Below are positions 48,801-58,602 of a stretch of DNA of 64,000 bases, piece by piece. The notes beneath the pieces are model-generated. The model was not told where the DNA came from, did no database searches, and worked only from the letters and a program-made list of their open reading frames with translations. The translations under genes and the position numbers were made by a program. Source of the stretch: Gammaproteobacteria bacterium (GTDB lineage: Bacteria; Pseudomonadota; Gammaproteobacteria; GCA-001735895); assembly GCA_050288105.1 (NCBI GenBank), contig JBNKDE010000014.1:10539-74538 (forward strand), written 5' to 3'. Within the stretch, counting starts at the first letter, position 1. Every line of letters begins with the position of its first letter.

Positions 48801-49577
48801 GAACCTGCGAAAAGACAAAGCTTTAATGCCCAGATACTGGTGGCAGAGGATGTATTACCCAACCGCATCCTGGTTCAGAAAATGCTGGAGAAATTCGCGC
48901 TGAGCTGTGAGTTTGCGGAAAATGGGCAGGAAGCGGTTGAGTTGTTCAAAGCCCGCCACTACGACCTGATCCTGATGGATTGCCAGATGCCTATTCTGGA
49001 TGGTTATAGCGCCACAGAATTGATCAGAAAAATCGACCCCAAAATCCCGATTCTTGCACTAACAGCCAATGTCATGCGGGAAGACCGTGAAAAGGCTCTG
49101 GCCTGCGGAATGAATGATGTCATCACCAAACCGATACAGATAGACACACTGGGACAGTACCTGAATCAGTGGCTGGAGAATTACAAGATACCGCAAACCG
49201 ATGCCGAGCAAGCACAGGAGCAGGCTGCACAGCAGGCCCTGGACAATTTAATCGATTATCAGCAGCTGGATAAATTCAAACAGGATCTGGAAGAAGATTT
49301 TGCCGAAATTTTCCACGCAATCCTGTCCAGTATTCCCTCAATGATTGATGAACTTGCCGAGCAAACACAGGATACAGAAGCATTAACCCGTCTGTTTCAT
49401 AGCCTGAAATCACCCGCCGCCTCTATCGGCGCGATGGAATTATCCAGACTCGCAGAGAAATACGAATTGCAGTTGAAAAACAATCAGTTGCAGGATCTGT
49501 CGATTCCCATTCAATTGCTACGTGACCAGTTCAATGCGGTGAAAAAAGAACTGAAAGATTACCCTGTCAATGCCTGA
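45807..49577 (+). CDS. Hybrid sensor histidine kinase: signal/TM, NMT1/THI5-like binding domain, SBP_bac_3 (PBPb) domain, TM, PAS, HisKA, HATPase, REC, HPt
   Basis: 1256 aa with the H-box [14 protein letters not shown], the G-box [11 protein letters not shown], the REC domain ILVAEDV...LILMDCQMP, and the HPt domain [12 protein letters not shown]. Two periplasmic binding-protein folds precede the TM helix, giving a BvgS/EvgS-like logic. Confidence 0.9.
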   Translation: MIQKLVLLKALLTAALALSGLLLYVPVSLAQQAENTALREVTLQLLWKHQFEFAGFYAAKEKGFYQAAGLKVNIQPFIPGADAPIKKVIDGQADFAVGDSTLIVNRAKGAPVKLLANIFQHSPYVLLTLADSGIHSPAQMVGKKIMLAKHEESNAEIKAMLASESVSLDQMQVIEHSFQVDSLINGDVDIMSAYASNEPAVLKQKGIRFNVINPLNYGIDFYGNNIYTSEQLEQKDPALAEAFTLASLRGWQYALQHKEEMIELILQKYSQEKSIEALKFEADAIEQFILPDYIPIGEVNLDRLQRIADVYKHLGAIPKDFSPKEILSENIQQEQKLNLSLTEKQWISEHRSVVIGVDPDWAPFEFIDEDGNYSGMASEYIKLVSQRTGLIFKVQDNETWLDVINSAKAGKLDLLPAISWSAQRSNYLNFTSPHMSYPMVILTNKESEFISQIESLDGKKVVVVDGYVTEELLRSKHPNIELIEAKNINQALDILSSNDADAYIDNLASITYSVNKRGINNLRISGTTPYEFSLGFAVIKKNDQLFSILQKAINSITDQEHQAIRNKWINLRAESAFPVGTILEITAIAASFLLIMLFWNRKLSAEVKRRKIFEKELASKEKRFRELFENNKAIELIIDPQSGVIVDANNAALAYYGYSKEEIKQQNITDINTLSKQQTLAQSKLAELQKQSHFFFKHRLKNGEIRDVEIHSGPINWDGKQLLYSIIHDITDRVIAENALIKAKAEAEKATRVKSEFLANMSHELRTPMNSVIGMTELLIETDLDQEQKKMLEIIQSSGKVLISTINDILDFSKLEAQRMEIDPQLFELKPFIQDMFETMRSLARQKPLELLLECDNQCDVLMYCDETKLRQILTNLVSNAIKFTPQGSVTLKVSRKSIDNTQASFQFQVIDTGIGIFREQVDHLFDSFTQAEQSTTRQFGGTGLGLAISKKLSTLLGGDIQVQSSPGKGSCFTLTIDTVYRLSTPAQPTQQQLTSQAEPAKRQSFNAQILVAEDVLPNRILVQKMLEKFALSCEFAENGQEAVELFKARHYDLILMDCQMPILDGYSATELIRKIDPKIPILALTANVMREDREKALACGMNDVITKPIQIDTLGQYLNQWLENYKIPQTDAEQAQEQAAQQALDNLIDYQQLDKFKQDLEEDFAEIFHAILSSIPSMIDELAEQTQDTEALTRLFHSLKSPAASIGAMELSRLAEKYELQLKNNQLQDLSIPIQLLRDQFNAVKKELKDYPVNA

Positions 49578-49622
49578 TGCGTTGATCACCAGGCACCGAC
49601 AGGGCGTTTGATGGGTTAACCC

Positions 49623-51032
49623 TTAACCCAAAGCTTTTACCAGCTCATCCATATTGGACTTGGCATCGCCAAACAGCATGCGCGTGTTTTCCTTATGGAA
49701 CAGCGGATTCTCCACACCAGCATAACCGGTAGCCATACTACGCTTGAGCACCACGCACAGCTTACTCTTCCATACCTCCAGCACCGGCATTCCAGAGATT
49801 GGGCTACCCGGATCTTCCAGTGCAGCTGGATTCACCGTATCGTTTGCCCCGATGACCAGGGTTACGTCGACATTCGGGAAGTCGTCGTTAACCTCTTCCA
49901 TCTCGAATACCACATCGTAAGGCACCTTGGCTTCCGCCAGCAGTACATTCATATGCCCCGGCATACGACCCGCAACCGGATGAATACCAAAGATTACATG
50001 TACCCCTTTTCTCATCAGGATACTGGTCACTTCAGATACCGCACGCTGCGCCTGCGCCATCGCCATACCGTATCCGGGTACGATCATCACCTTCTTGGCA
50101 GCACTTAATTGCATGGCAACCTCTTCCACCGAAGTCGCGATAACTTCACCAGCCTCTTCACCAGCTGCTGAGCTTTTCTTGCTTGGCGTTCCAAAACCAC
50201 CTGCAATAACACTGAAGAAATTACGATTCATTGCGCGACACATGATGTAACTCAGAATCGCACCACTACTGCCCACCAGCGCACCGGTGACGATGAGTAA
50301 ATCGTTCGCCAACATAAATCCAGTTGCTGCTGCAGCCCAGCCGGAGTAACTGTTCAGCATCGAGATCACCACTGGCATATCGGCACCACCAATCGCGATA
50401 ACCATATGCACCCCAAATACCAGCGCAATAATGGTCATGACAATCAACGGGGTATAGGCATCCGCCATAGTTTCCGCACCGAGGAAATAATACCCGTAAA
50501 CAATCACGATCAGGAACATGATGAGGTTCAGCGTATGACGCGCCGGTAACAGCACCGGTCGTGAACCGATGATTGCACTCAGCTTGCCAAACGCGATGAC
50601 CGATCCGGAAAACGTCATAGCGCCGATAAAAACACCCAGATACACCTCGATATCATGGATGACCTTTTCCGCTCCCTGGAAATGCATCTCGGGATCCAGA
50701 TAAGTGGCATAGCCGACACTAACCGCCGCCAGACCCACCAGGCTGTGCAACAGTGCAACCAGCTGTGGCATCTGCGTCATCTTGACCTTTTTCGCAAGGA
50801 TATAGCCCAGTACCGCACCGGGAATCATACAGATGATGATGACCCAGTAACTGGTCACGACATTGCTAAATACCGTGGCGATAATCGCCAGTGCCATACC
50901 CAGCATGCCGAACAAATTCCCGCGGCGTGCGTTTTCGTTGCTGCTTAAACCACCCAGAGCGAGGATAAACAGGACGGCTGCGCCCAAATAAATCGCATTG
51001 ATTAAACCTGTAGACATATCCTTACTCCCCAA
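49623..51032 (-). CDS. pntB: NAD(P) transhydrogenase subunit beta
   Basis: 469 aa with an N-terminal multi-TM region plus a C-terminal NADP(H) dIII domain ([16 protein letters not shown]). Confidence 0.95.
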   Translation of the reverse strand: MGSKDMSTGLINAIYLGAAVLFILALGGLSSNENARRGNLFGMLGMALAIIATVFSNVVTSYWVIIICMIPGAVLGYILAKKVKMTQMPQLVALLHSLVGLAAVSVGYATYLDPEMHFQGAEKVIHDIEVYLGVFIGAMTFSGSVIAFGKLSAIIGSRPVLLPARHTLNLIMFLIVIVYGYYFLGAETMADAYTPLIVMTIIALVFGVHMVIAIGGADMPVVISMLNSYSGWAAAATGFMLANDLLIVTGALVGSSGAILSYIMCRAMNRNFFSVIAGGFGTPSKKSSAAGEEAGEVIATSVEEVAMQLSAAKKVMIVPGYGMAMAQAQRAVSEVTSILMRKGVHVIFGIHPVAGRMPGHMNVLLAEAKVPYDVVFEMEEVNDDFPNVDVTLVIGANDTVNPAALEDPGSPISGMPVLEVWKSKLCVVLKRSMATGYAGVENPLFHKENTRMLFGDAKSNMDELVKALG

Positions 51033-52602
51033 ACATCTTCAGCATGCGCTGAGTGACCGCAAAACCGCCAACGATATTGATGGTTGCTATTAATATCGCC
51101 AGCGCAGACAACAGCATAATCAGGCTGCTTTGCGATGAAACCTGGATCAGTGCACCAATAATAATGATGCTACTAATCGCATTGGTCACGCTCATCAACG
51201 GCGTATGCAGCGAAGGTGTTACGTTCCAGATCACCATGTAGCCGATAAAACAGGACAGCACAAACACAGTAAAATGGCCCATAAATGACGGTGGAGCGAA
51301 TGCACCCATGGCAAACAGGATCAGGCAGGCCAGTCCTATCGGCATAAGCTTTTTGAACACCTGAGCTATCACCGATGGTTCTTCATCTGCGGCCGGCTCG
51401 ACATTCGCTTCGGGTACTGCCTGCTCGCTATAACCGGGCTGGCGTGCAGCGACTTCGATAACTGGAGGCGGCCAGGTAATTTCACCGTTTTTAACCACGG
51501 TGGCGCCACGAATCACTTCATCCTCGAAATCCAGTTCAACCTCAGCGTTAACGTCTTTAACCAGCTCGTCGAGCATGTTAAGCAGGTTGGAGGCATACAG
51601 CTGACTTGCCTGTGCAGGCAAACGGCTTGGCAGGTCGGTGTAACCAACCAGTTTGACGCCATGCTTTTCAACCACTTTATGCGGTACGGTCAGCTCACAG
51701 TTACCACCCTGCTCCGCAGCCAGGTCGACGATGACGCTGCCCTGCTTCATGGATTGCACCATTTCTGCAGTAATCAGCTTGGGCGCGGGTTTGCCGGGGA
51801 TCAGCGCGGTGGTGATAATGATATCGACATCCTTTGCCTGCTCAGCAAACAAAGCCATTTCCGCTTCGATGAATTCCTTACTCATGACCTTGGCGTAACC
51901 GCCTGCTCCGGAACCGTCTTCTTCAAAATCCAGTTCCAGGAATTCCGCGTCCATACTCAGGATCTGGTCCTTAACCTCGGGACGCGTATCAAACGCACGC
52001 ACAATAGCGCCGAGAGATTTCGCGGTACCTATCGCCGCCAGACCCGCAACACCCGCACCAATAACCATAACCTTGGCTGGCGGCACCTTACCTGCTGCAG
52101 TAATCTGGCCGGTGAAGAATCGCCCAAACTGGTTCGACGCCTCAATTACCGCACGATAACCGGCGATGTTTGCCATCGAACTCAACGCATCCAGCTTCTG
52201 CGCGCGTGAGATACGCGGCACTGCATCTACCGACATCGCATTGATTCCTTTATCTGCCAGTGCCTGTAGCATCTCGGCGCTCTGCGCTGGCCATAGGAAA
52301 CAGATCAGCAATGCGCGTTTTGGAATCAGATCCAGTTCATGCACGCCCGTTTCAGGATGCTTCTGCGGTGCACGTACTTTCAGGATGATATCTGCACTGG
52401 CGTACAGATCCCTGGCCTCGGCAATAATTTCTACGCCAACCTCACGATAGGCTTCGTCGGCAAAGCTGGCCGCCATACCTGCCTGACTTTCGATGGCGAC
52501 GGTAAAACCTTTTTTTATCAGTTTTTCTGCAATGTCCGGTGTCGTGGCTACGCGTTTTTCGCCCGCCTGAATCTCTTTTGGAACGACTATTCTCATTTTC
52601 AT
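51022..52602 (-). CDS. pntA: NAD(P) transhydrogenase subunit alpha
   Basis: 526 aa with an alanine-dehydrogenase-like dI domain ([14 protein letters not shown]) plus 4 C-terminal TM helices. The real start is probably the third codon (MRIVVPKE, 52596). It overlaps the pntB start by 11 nt. Confidence 0.95.
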   Translation of the reverse strand: MKMRIVVPKEIQAGEKRVATTPDIAEKLIKKGFTVAIESQAGMAASFADEAYREVGVEIIAEARDLYASADIILKVRAPQKHPETGVHELDLIPKRALLICFLWPAQSAEMLQALADKGINAMSVDAVPRISRAQKLDALSSMANIAGYRAVIEASNQFGRFFTGQITAAGKVPPAKVMVIGAGVAGLAAIGTAKSLGAIVRAFDTRPEVKDQILSMDAEFLELDFEEDGSGAGGYAKVMSKEFIEAEMALFAEQAKDVDIIITTALIPGKPAPKLITAEMVQSMKQGSVIVDLAAEQGGNCELTVPHKVVEKHGVKLVGYTDLPSRLPAQASQLYASNLLNMLDELVKDVNAEVELDFEDEVIRGATVVKNGEITWPPPVIEVAARQPGYSEQAVPEANVEPAADEEPSVIAQVFKKLMPIGLACLILFAMGAFAPPSFMGHFTVFVLSCFIGYMVIWNVTPSLHTPLMSVTNAISSIIIIGALIQVSSQSSLIMLLSALAILIATINIVGGFAVTQRMLKMFGE

Positions 52603-52807
52603 ACCCCTGTTATAAATTTAATCCTGTACCTGCCATAACCATTCCCCCCGGATGGGATGATAGATCTTTTCAACTCCAATGATTCAACTGCTGGAAAGTC
52701 TTTAACTATAGCCCGTCAACACGTTTTGGGCTAAATTTCCCATAAATCAGCGGAGTATATTAATATTCTCTTATGAAGATTGCCAGCGCTATCGAGTGAC
52801 AAATTTA

Positions 52808-53644
52808 TCAAATCGGCAAAATCGGTCGGTACTCCCTGTCCAGGAAAGCATCCAGAATCGAAAAATGGTGTGCTTTGTTGAGTAACTGAAAAGACACCTT
52901 GAAATGACGCTGCCAATGCTTCATTAATTCCTGGCTTTGCCTTTTATATTCGTCACTTTCCAGCTCACCAACAAATAACCTGAGCTTTATATCCTCTGCT
53001 GAGTGCGGTATCTCTGCATGCAGGGGACTATTATCCAGTGCACTTTGCTGAGTCAGTTTTAAGCCCTCATTGACCGAGGTGGGTATTAGCGGTTGCAGGT
53101 CATACAGGCCACTTAAGGCATTCAGCTGGCGTATCGGAGGCTGGGATCGCCCGAACTGGGTCCAGTCGCGCGTTAACAGGCTGGCCAATAAGTGTCCGCC
53201 CGCTGAATGTCCGGTGATCTGCATAGCTTCAGGGTCCCCGCCGTACTGCTCGATATGCCTGCTGATCCACACAACCGCCTGCAAAACCTGTTGCGCAATT
53301 TGTCCCAGGGTTACCTGAGGACACAGGTCATAATTCAGTATCACTGCACACTCGCCCTGTGCATTAAACTTTTCAGCCAGAAAACTGAAACTCTCTTTAT
53401 TTAGCGCCTGCCAGTACCCCCCATGAATAAAAATATGCACCGGCGATTTTTGCGTCGCAACGGGGAAGATATCCAGCAACGCGCGTTCTGTATCCCCATA
53501 AGCAATATTCAAATGCGCGTTATCGGCAAGTTTTCGAAAACTAGCGCTACGATCTATCCAGCTTTGTATAAATTCTCCGTGCTCAGGCACCGCCGCACGA
53601 TTGTTATATTGCTTTTCTAAATAAGGGTCAAAGTCCGTCATCAT
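52808..53644 (-). CDS. Alpha/beta hydrolase (HGGYW-type esterase / arylformamidase-like)
   Basis: 278 aa with the oxyanion motif HGGYW and the nucleophile elbow GHSAGGHL. Confidence 0.75.
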   Translation of the reverse strand: MMTDFDPYLEKQYNNRAAVPEHGEFIQSWIDRSASFRKLADNAHLNIAYGDTERALLDIFPVATQKSPVHIFIHGGYWQALNKESFSFLAEKFNAQGECAVILNYDLCPQVTLGQIAQQVLQAVVWISRHIEQYGGDPEAMQITGHSAGGHLLASLLTRDWTQFGRSQPPIRQLNALSGLYDLQPLIPTSVNEGLKLTQQSALDNSPLHAEIPHSAEDIKLRLFVGELESDEYKRQSQELMKHWQRHFKVSFQLLNKAHHFSILDAFLDREYRPILPI

Positions 53645-53883
53645 TTTACCGTATTATTTTCTTATTGATTTCAGTTTTCCTTTCTATTGTTCCACGCTAG
53701 CCAGATTCTGTTAACACAAATTTAACTGGCCGTTTGATAGCATTATTTAAATCACCCGATGTCAAAAACTTATATCCAACAAAATCTCCAACCCAGACAC
53801 CTAAAGAATAATTAATAATATATTAATGCACTTATTAATACGACTAAGTACGTAGTTATAGGTAGACTAAATCTTATAATCAA

Positions 53884-53902
53884 GGAAAAGATAATCATTT
53901 AA
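53884..53902. promoter_or_regulatory. Fur-box-like 19-mer (GGAAAAGATAATCATTTAA)
   Basis: It matches GATAATGATAATCATTATC at 13 of 19 positions by my count and contains GATAATCATT. It lies 140 bp upstream of the cytochrome-porin ATG. Confidence 0.25.
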
Positions 53903-54007
53903 TAACCCCGCGCTAATCCTAATTCACCCCGCTTACACCTCGATAAATAACTGAATTGACAACAGTTTTTCCCTGAGATTACTATCAGTAGTAATAACAA
54001 TAAAAAA

Positions 54008-54026
54008 CGTAATGATAATTATCACA
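54008..54026. promoter_or_regulatory. Fur-box-like site containing the perfect 12-bp palindrome TGATAATTATCA (54013-54024)
   Basis: The 19-mer CGTAATGATAATTATCACA matches the Fur consensus at 13 of 19 positions by my count. It lies between the likely promoter and the GAGGAA RBS of the gene starting at 54042. Confidence 0.35.
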
Positions 54027-54041
54027 AACTGAGGAAATACT

Positions 54042-55316
54042 ATGGGGATCTCACTTAAGAATGGTGTCATGCTCTCGCTGATATCGATAACTAGTCTGTT
54101 TACTTTTTTCCAATCCGCACATGCCGTTCCGGCTTTTGCCCGACAAATGGGGACAACGTGCGCCGCCTGTCATTTTCAAAACTTTCCTGCGTTAAATTCA
54201 TTTGGTCGGGTATTTCGCTCGAATGGATATACCATGCAGGGCGCGCAGACAATGATACAGGGTGAGGGTTTATCTCTACCTTCAACAATCAATGCGAGCG
54301 TAATCACCAAGATTCGTTACCAGGACAAGAAATCCAGTGATCGCGGAGAAATTCAATGGCCCGATGAAGCGGCCTTTCTGGTTGGCGGGCGTGCATCTGA
54401 AAACGTAGGCTTCCTGATGGAGTTGGGTCTGGGGCCTGTGGGTGCTGATGTAGAAACAGGAACGGGAGAAATCACAGGCGATACCAATGGAGATGGCATT
54501 AAGGATCCTGGTGAAAACTGGGTTATAAGTGGTGAAACCCACGGTACCTTTCTGTCTACCAAAGTGCACTTTAATGTGACCGATAGCTTTGCCATTATCC
54601 CATTCTCTACCGATGGACTGGGTGTAGGTTATGGTTACGAAATGCTGAATACTGGCGTGCAGAGATCACAACGACCGATAGAAAACCGTAAAGGATTCAG
54701 TGCCGGACAGGCACTGGGCACAGCCTCAGGTGAGGCCACAGGTATTGCCTTTATCTACAATACACCGGAATTTTTCGTCAACTACTCTCACTGGGCGCCG
54801 ACCTGGGGCAATGTTAATGCCGATATTTTTGGCGGACTAGCTCATTACCTGAGGGTCGCTTATATGCCCAATATCGGTGGCTGGGATACAGGGTTTGGTA
54901 TAAATGCGATGTCCGGCAGCGTAGAGTCCGGCGAGAATGACCCGGCAGATGAAACCTTTGTCGATAGCTGGGGAATTGATGCCCAGGCCCAGGGATTTGT
55001 GGGAGATATGACGCTCGGCATCTATGCAAGCTATGGCGAAGCTCCAAAAGGTACCTCAGCCGAGCCCAATAAATACAACAAGAGCACAACTGATGACGCC
55101 AGTTCGTTGGGGGTAGCTACAAAACTGGGAATTAACTCTAAAACGGCTGTCTATCTCGCCTATGCTTCACTGGATAAAAACGGAACCAAAGAATCCTCAA
55201 ACACCGTGGGCATACAATATCATTCAGCACAAAATATCAAGCTGGAAGCATTCACAGTGAGTGAATTTGACAGCGCAGATGACTACACCATGCTGATGTT
55301 GTTTGCTGGTTTCTAA
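54042..55316 (+). CDS. Cyc2-like fused monohaem cytochrome c / outer-membrane beta-barrel porin
   Basis: 424 aa with a signal peptide (..FQSAHA). The only two Cys in the protein form CAACH (54159-54173), followed by FPALNSFG. The remaining roughly 370 aa are Gly/Tyr/Ser-rich with amphipathic beta-strand periodicity, and the protein ends in a C-terminal Phe (LFAGF). Confidence 0.55.
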   Translation: MGISLKNGVMLSLISITSLFTFFQSAHAVPAFARQMGTTCAACHFQNFPALNSFGRVFRSNGYTMQGAQTMIQGEGLSLPSTINASVITKIRYQDKKSSDRGEIQWPDEAAFLVGGRASENVGFLMELGLGPVGADVETGTGEITGDTNGDGIKDPGENWVISGETHGTFLSTKVHFNVTDSFAIIPFSTDGLGVGYGYEMLNTGVQRSQRPIENRKGFSAGQALGTASGEATGIAFIYNTPEFFVNYSHWAPTWGNVNADIFGGLAHYLRVAYMPNIGGWDTGFGINAMSGSVESGENDPADETFVDSWGIDAQAQGFVGDMTLGIYASYGEAPKGTSAEPNKYNKSTTDDASSLGVATKLGINSKTAVYLAYASLDKNGTKESSNTVGIQYHSAQNIKLEAFTVSEFDSADDYTMLMLFAGF

Positions 55317-55347
55317 CACAATATTAAGGATAGACAATTATAAAATT

Positions 55348-55380
55348 TGAGCTGGTGATGCGAAGAGTTTCAGCAGCTCA
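55348..55380 (+). other. Intercistronic stem-loop between the cytochrome-porin and dihaem cytochrome genes
   Basis: The stem is TGAGCTG / CAGCTCA (7 bp) with a 19-nt loop. No T-run follows. Confidence 0.4.
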
Positions 55381-55397
55381 CAAACGAGGTTAAAACT

Positions 55398-56057
55398 ATG
55401 AAAAAATTAAGAATAGGCAAACTGGGCTTGATGTTAATTTCAGGCATAACTCTCTGCTTTAATGCCGCCGCAGATTTTTCCAAAAGCTTTGAGGGTTACA
55501 CGTTATTTAAAGCCAATTGTGTAATCTGTCATGGTGCAGACGGTACCGGTAACGGCATCCTTGCAGACAGACTGAAGCAAAAACCCGCAAATCTAACCAA
55601 CCCGGGGCTGGCAACAAAAACTGACCATGAAATATTTCAGATCATAGAAGGTACGGCACCTCATAGCAAAGTCACAAACTTCATGCCGCAATGGGGTTTA
55701 GCCATGCCGCAAAACCATATTGAGTCGCTGGTTAAATATGTACGCTACCTGAATCAATCCAAGCACAGAAGTACAGGCAACCCAATTGCAGGTAAAAAAG
55801 TATATGAAGAATTCTGCAGCATCTGTCACGGTGCGGATGGCAAAGGAAAAGGCGTTCTGGCCAGAGTCTATGATATGACTCCAGCTGATCACACCAACGC
55901 CGAGCAAATGGATAGACTGGATAACGACACGCTTAAGGCTTATATCAAATCGGGTGGCGATGATACGCTGATGCCTGGGTGGGAGGACGTATTAAGCGGT
56001 CAACAGCTCAATGACGTCATCAGCTATATTCGTCTGCTTTCTGCCAATGGCAAATAA
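55398..56057 (+). CDS. Secreted dihaem class-I cytochrome c (c4-like)
   Basis: 219 aa with a signal peptide and two CxxCH motifs (CVICH, CSICH). Each is followed by GADG.G.G and a distal Met context (FMPQWG, LMPGWE). Confidence 0.85.
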   Translation: MKKLRIGKLGLMLISGITLCFNAAADFSKSFEGYTLFKANCVICHGADGTGNGILADRLKQKPANLTNPGLATKTDHEIFQIIEGTAPHSKVTNFMPQWGLAMPQNHIESLVKYVRYLNQSKHRSTGNPIAGKKVYEEFCSICHGADGKGKGVLARVYDMTPADHTNAEQMDRLDNDTLKAYIKSGGDDTLMPGWEDVLSGQQLNDVISYIRLLSANGK

Positions 56058-56065
56058 ATAACGGC

Positions 56066-56530
56066 TTAAAGTTCCTGCAGAATTCGCTGGCGAATTTCTT
56101 CGAATTCCTTTTCGCTGATTAAGTCATCATCCCTGAGCGCCTGCAACTGTTGCAGGCGCTTTTTTATGGACGAAGTCGAGGCTTCAAGTGCTGCTACCGA
56201 CTGCTCGGATGTGCAATCCAGTTTGATATTCGCACCCTGGCTGATCATGGTGGCATTCACCATCAAGGTTCGGGGCTCACAGCCCGCCTTTTTTAAGGTA
56301 ATCCGTCCATAGTCATCAACTTCATCGTCTGCAAACGTTACCGGAAAAATCTGGCGCAAGCCCACTCTGACCGGTGTCAATCCCAGCTCCTGGCGCATGA
56401 CAATCACCGACGCGCCTGCTGGTATTGAAGACACCATGACATCTTCACTAGTTTTATGGAATAGCGTATTTCCACTACAGGCTGCTATCAGCAGGCAAAA
56501 GCTCACTGCAACGATAAATCGGATACTCAT
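56066..56530 (-). CDS. Lipoprotein with a PEGA-like N-terminal domain and a SHOCT-like C-terminus
   Basis: 154 aa with a lipobox (LLIAACSG), the PEGA-like segment SSIPAGASV, and the SHOCT-like tail LISEKEFEEIRQRIL. Confidence 0.55.
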   Translation of the reverse strand: MSIRFIVAVSFCLLIAACSGNTLFHKTSEDVMVSSIPAGASVIVMRQELGLTPVRVGLRQIFPVTFADDEVDDYGRITLKKAGCEPRTLMVNATMISQGANIKLDCTSEQSVAALEASTSSIKKRLQQLQALRDDDLISEKEFEEIRQRILQEL

Positions 56531-56743
56531 ATCTTATTTTTCCCTCAAACCTCTGTATGCACGTTACAAAGGCCCGCTCAACATAACGATGGCAAATAAC
56601 ACAGTCGAACAGGCCCTGCGTAGTTTTTGTGCAGCAACAATATAGTGAATGTTAGCCATTATGGAAAGAGCTGAGATCAGGTAAAATTATTCTTATTTAA
56701 AATTGCCTGCCTGTGTAGCCTGACTTAGGATTCTGTTTAATTT

Positions 56744-58546
56744 ATGTTGAATAAAGCACAAGCCAGTTCTGAAACCCTGGACTGGCAAAAAATAATCCAT
56801 CTCGCCAGTCACCACAAAAATACGCTAATCCGGGCGCATATCATCGCCATATTTGCCGCCATGATCCTGGTACCAGTGCCGATGCTGATGCCATTGCTGG
56901 TAGATGAAGTACTGCTCAACAAGCCGGATATTATTGTAGCTACCCAGCAGGCTATGTTTCCTGAATCCTGGCATGGCCCGGCACTCTATATCATCAGCAT
57001 TATGCTGCTCACCATCTGCTTACGATTGATCGGTACATCGCTATCCGTGTGGCAGACGCGTGAATTTACGCTGGTTGCGAAAGACATCACCTACCAGTTA
57101 CGCAAAGACCTGTTGCAGCGCCTGCAGACCATTTCTATGGCTGAATATGAAGTTTTGGGCAGTGGTGCAGTCGCCTCCCACCTGGTTACCGACATCGATA
57201 CCATTGATCAGTTTATTGGCAATGCGCTGAGCAAACTGCTGGTCGCGATTCTGCTGATTGCAGGCATTGCTATTACGCTGTTATGGATGCACTGGCAGCT
57301 GGCACTGTTCATTCTCATCATGAACCCCATCGTCATTTACTTCACCACCGTGATGGGAAAAAAGGTCAAGGAATTAAAGAAGCGCGAGAATTCAGCGGTG
57401 GAGCTCTTTCAGCAATCACTCACTGAAACCCTGGACGCCATTCAGCAAATACGCGCCAGTAATCGTGAACGACATTACCTGATGCGTGTGATCGATAAAG
57501 CGCGTGGCGTAAAAACCAGCTCAGCCAGTTTCAACTGGAAAAGCGATGCCGCCAACCGTCTGTCATTCTTTGTTTTTCTGATGGGGTTTGAGGTTTTTCG
57601 AGCAGTCAGCATGCTGATGGTGGTATTTTCCAGTCTGAGCATAGGCGAGATGTTTGCAGTATATGCCTACCTGTGGTTTATGATGACCCCGGTGCAGGAA
57701 ATTCTCGGTATCCAGTATAGCTATTTTTCAGCTAATGCCGCGTTACAGCGATTGAACCGAATCCTGCTGTTGAAGCAGGAACCTGTATACACACACCAGA
57801 TCAACCCCTTTGATCAACACCAAACGGCCAGCCTCAGGATTGAGAATATTCATTTTGCCTATGCGGATGGCGACAGGGTACTGGATGGCGTAACGCTGGA
57901 TATACGTGCCGGAGAGAAAATTGCACTGGTCGGCGCCAGCGGAGGCGGCAAGTCAACACTGGTACAGGTCATCCTGGGGCTTTATCCAGCCACTCAGGGA
58001 CATATTTATTTTAACGATGTGGCAGTGGAACAGATCGGGCTGGATATCGTCAGGCAAAATATCGCGACGGTACTCCAGCACCCGGCCCTATTTAATGACA
58101 GCATCCGCAACAACCTGACGATGGGGCTGGATGTTAGCGATGAAAAGCTGTGGCAGGCACTGGAGATTGCCCAGCTCAAAGACACTGTTAAAACCCTGCC
58201 GGATCAGCTGAATACCATTGTTGGCCGCAATGGCATCAGATTATCAGGGGGACAGCGACAACGCCTGGCGGTGGCGCGCATGATACTCAGTAATCCTAAG
58301 GTTGTGATACTGGATGAAGCCACATCTGCACTGGATACACAAACCGAAGAGCGACTACACAACGCCCTGCAGGAATTTTTAAAAAATCGTACCACATTGA
58401 TTATTGCTCACCGATTGAGTGCTGTAAAACAGGCTGACCGGGCCTATGTGTTTGATGGCGGACAGGTAATTGATGAAGGGCATCATACCGAACTGGTGCA
58501 ACGCGATGGGTTATATCAGCAACTTTACGGGGAAAGACAGCAATAA
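56744..58546 (+). CDS. ABC exporter, fused permease/ATPase (MsbA-like type I exporter)
   Basis: 600 aa with 6 N-terminal TM helices, Walker A GASGGGKST, signature LSGGQRQR and Walker B VILDEATS. Confidence 0.9.
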   Translation: MLNKAQASSETLDWQKIIHLASHHKNTLIRAHIIAIFAAMILVPVPMLMPLLVDEVLLNKPDIIVATQQAMFPESWHGPALYIISIMLLTICLRLIGTSLSVWQTREFTLVAKDITYQLRKDLLQRLQTISMAEYEVLGSGAVASHLVTDIDTIDQFIGNALSKLLVAILLIAGIAITLLWMHWQLALFILIMNPIVIYFTTVMGKKVKELKKRENSAVELFQQSLTETLDAIQQIRASNRERHYLMRVIDKARGVKTSSASFNWKSDAANRLSFFVFLMGFEVFRAVSMLMVVFSSLSIGEMFAVYAYLWFMMTPVQEILGIQYSYFSANAALQRLNRILLLKQEPVYTHQINPFDQHQTASLRIENIHFAYADGDRVLDGVTLDIRAGEKIALVGASGGGKSTLVQVILGLYPATQGHIYFNDVAVEQIGLDIVRQNIATVLQHPALFNDSIRNNLTMGLDVSDEKLWQALEIAQLKDTVKTLPDQLNTIVGRNGIRLSGGQRQRLAVARMILSNPKVVILDEATSALDTQTEERLHNALQEFLKNRTTLIIAHRLSAVKQADRAYVFDGGQVIDEGHHTELVQRDGLYQQLYGERQQ

Positions 58547-58602
58547 ACCCTGATTTGATCTAGAATCATTAAATAATCGAATATCAGGGGTGGAGTTTTA
58601 TT

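Noticed and set aside
53836-53855. TAATACGACTAAGTACGTAG, whose first 10 nt are identical to the T7 RNA polymerase promoter core TAATACGACT.
   Set aside because: The match breaks down over the initiation region (CACTATAGGG). No phage-type RNA polymerase or any phage gene is present in the window. In a very AT-rich tract a 10-mer match is plausibly chance.
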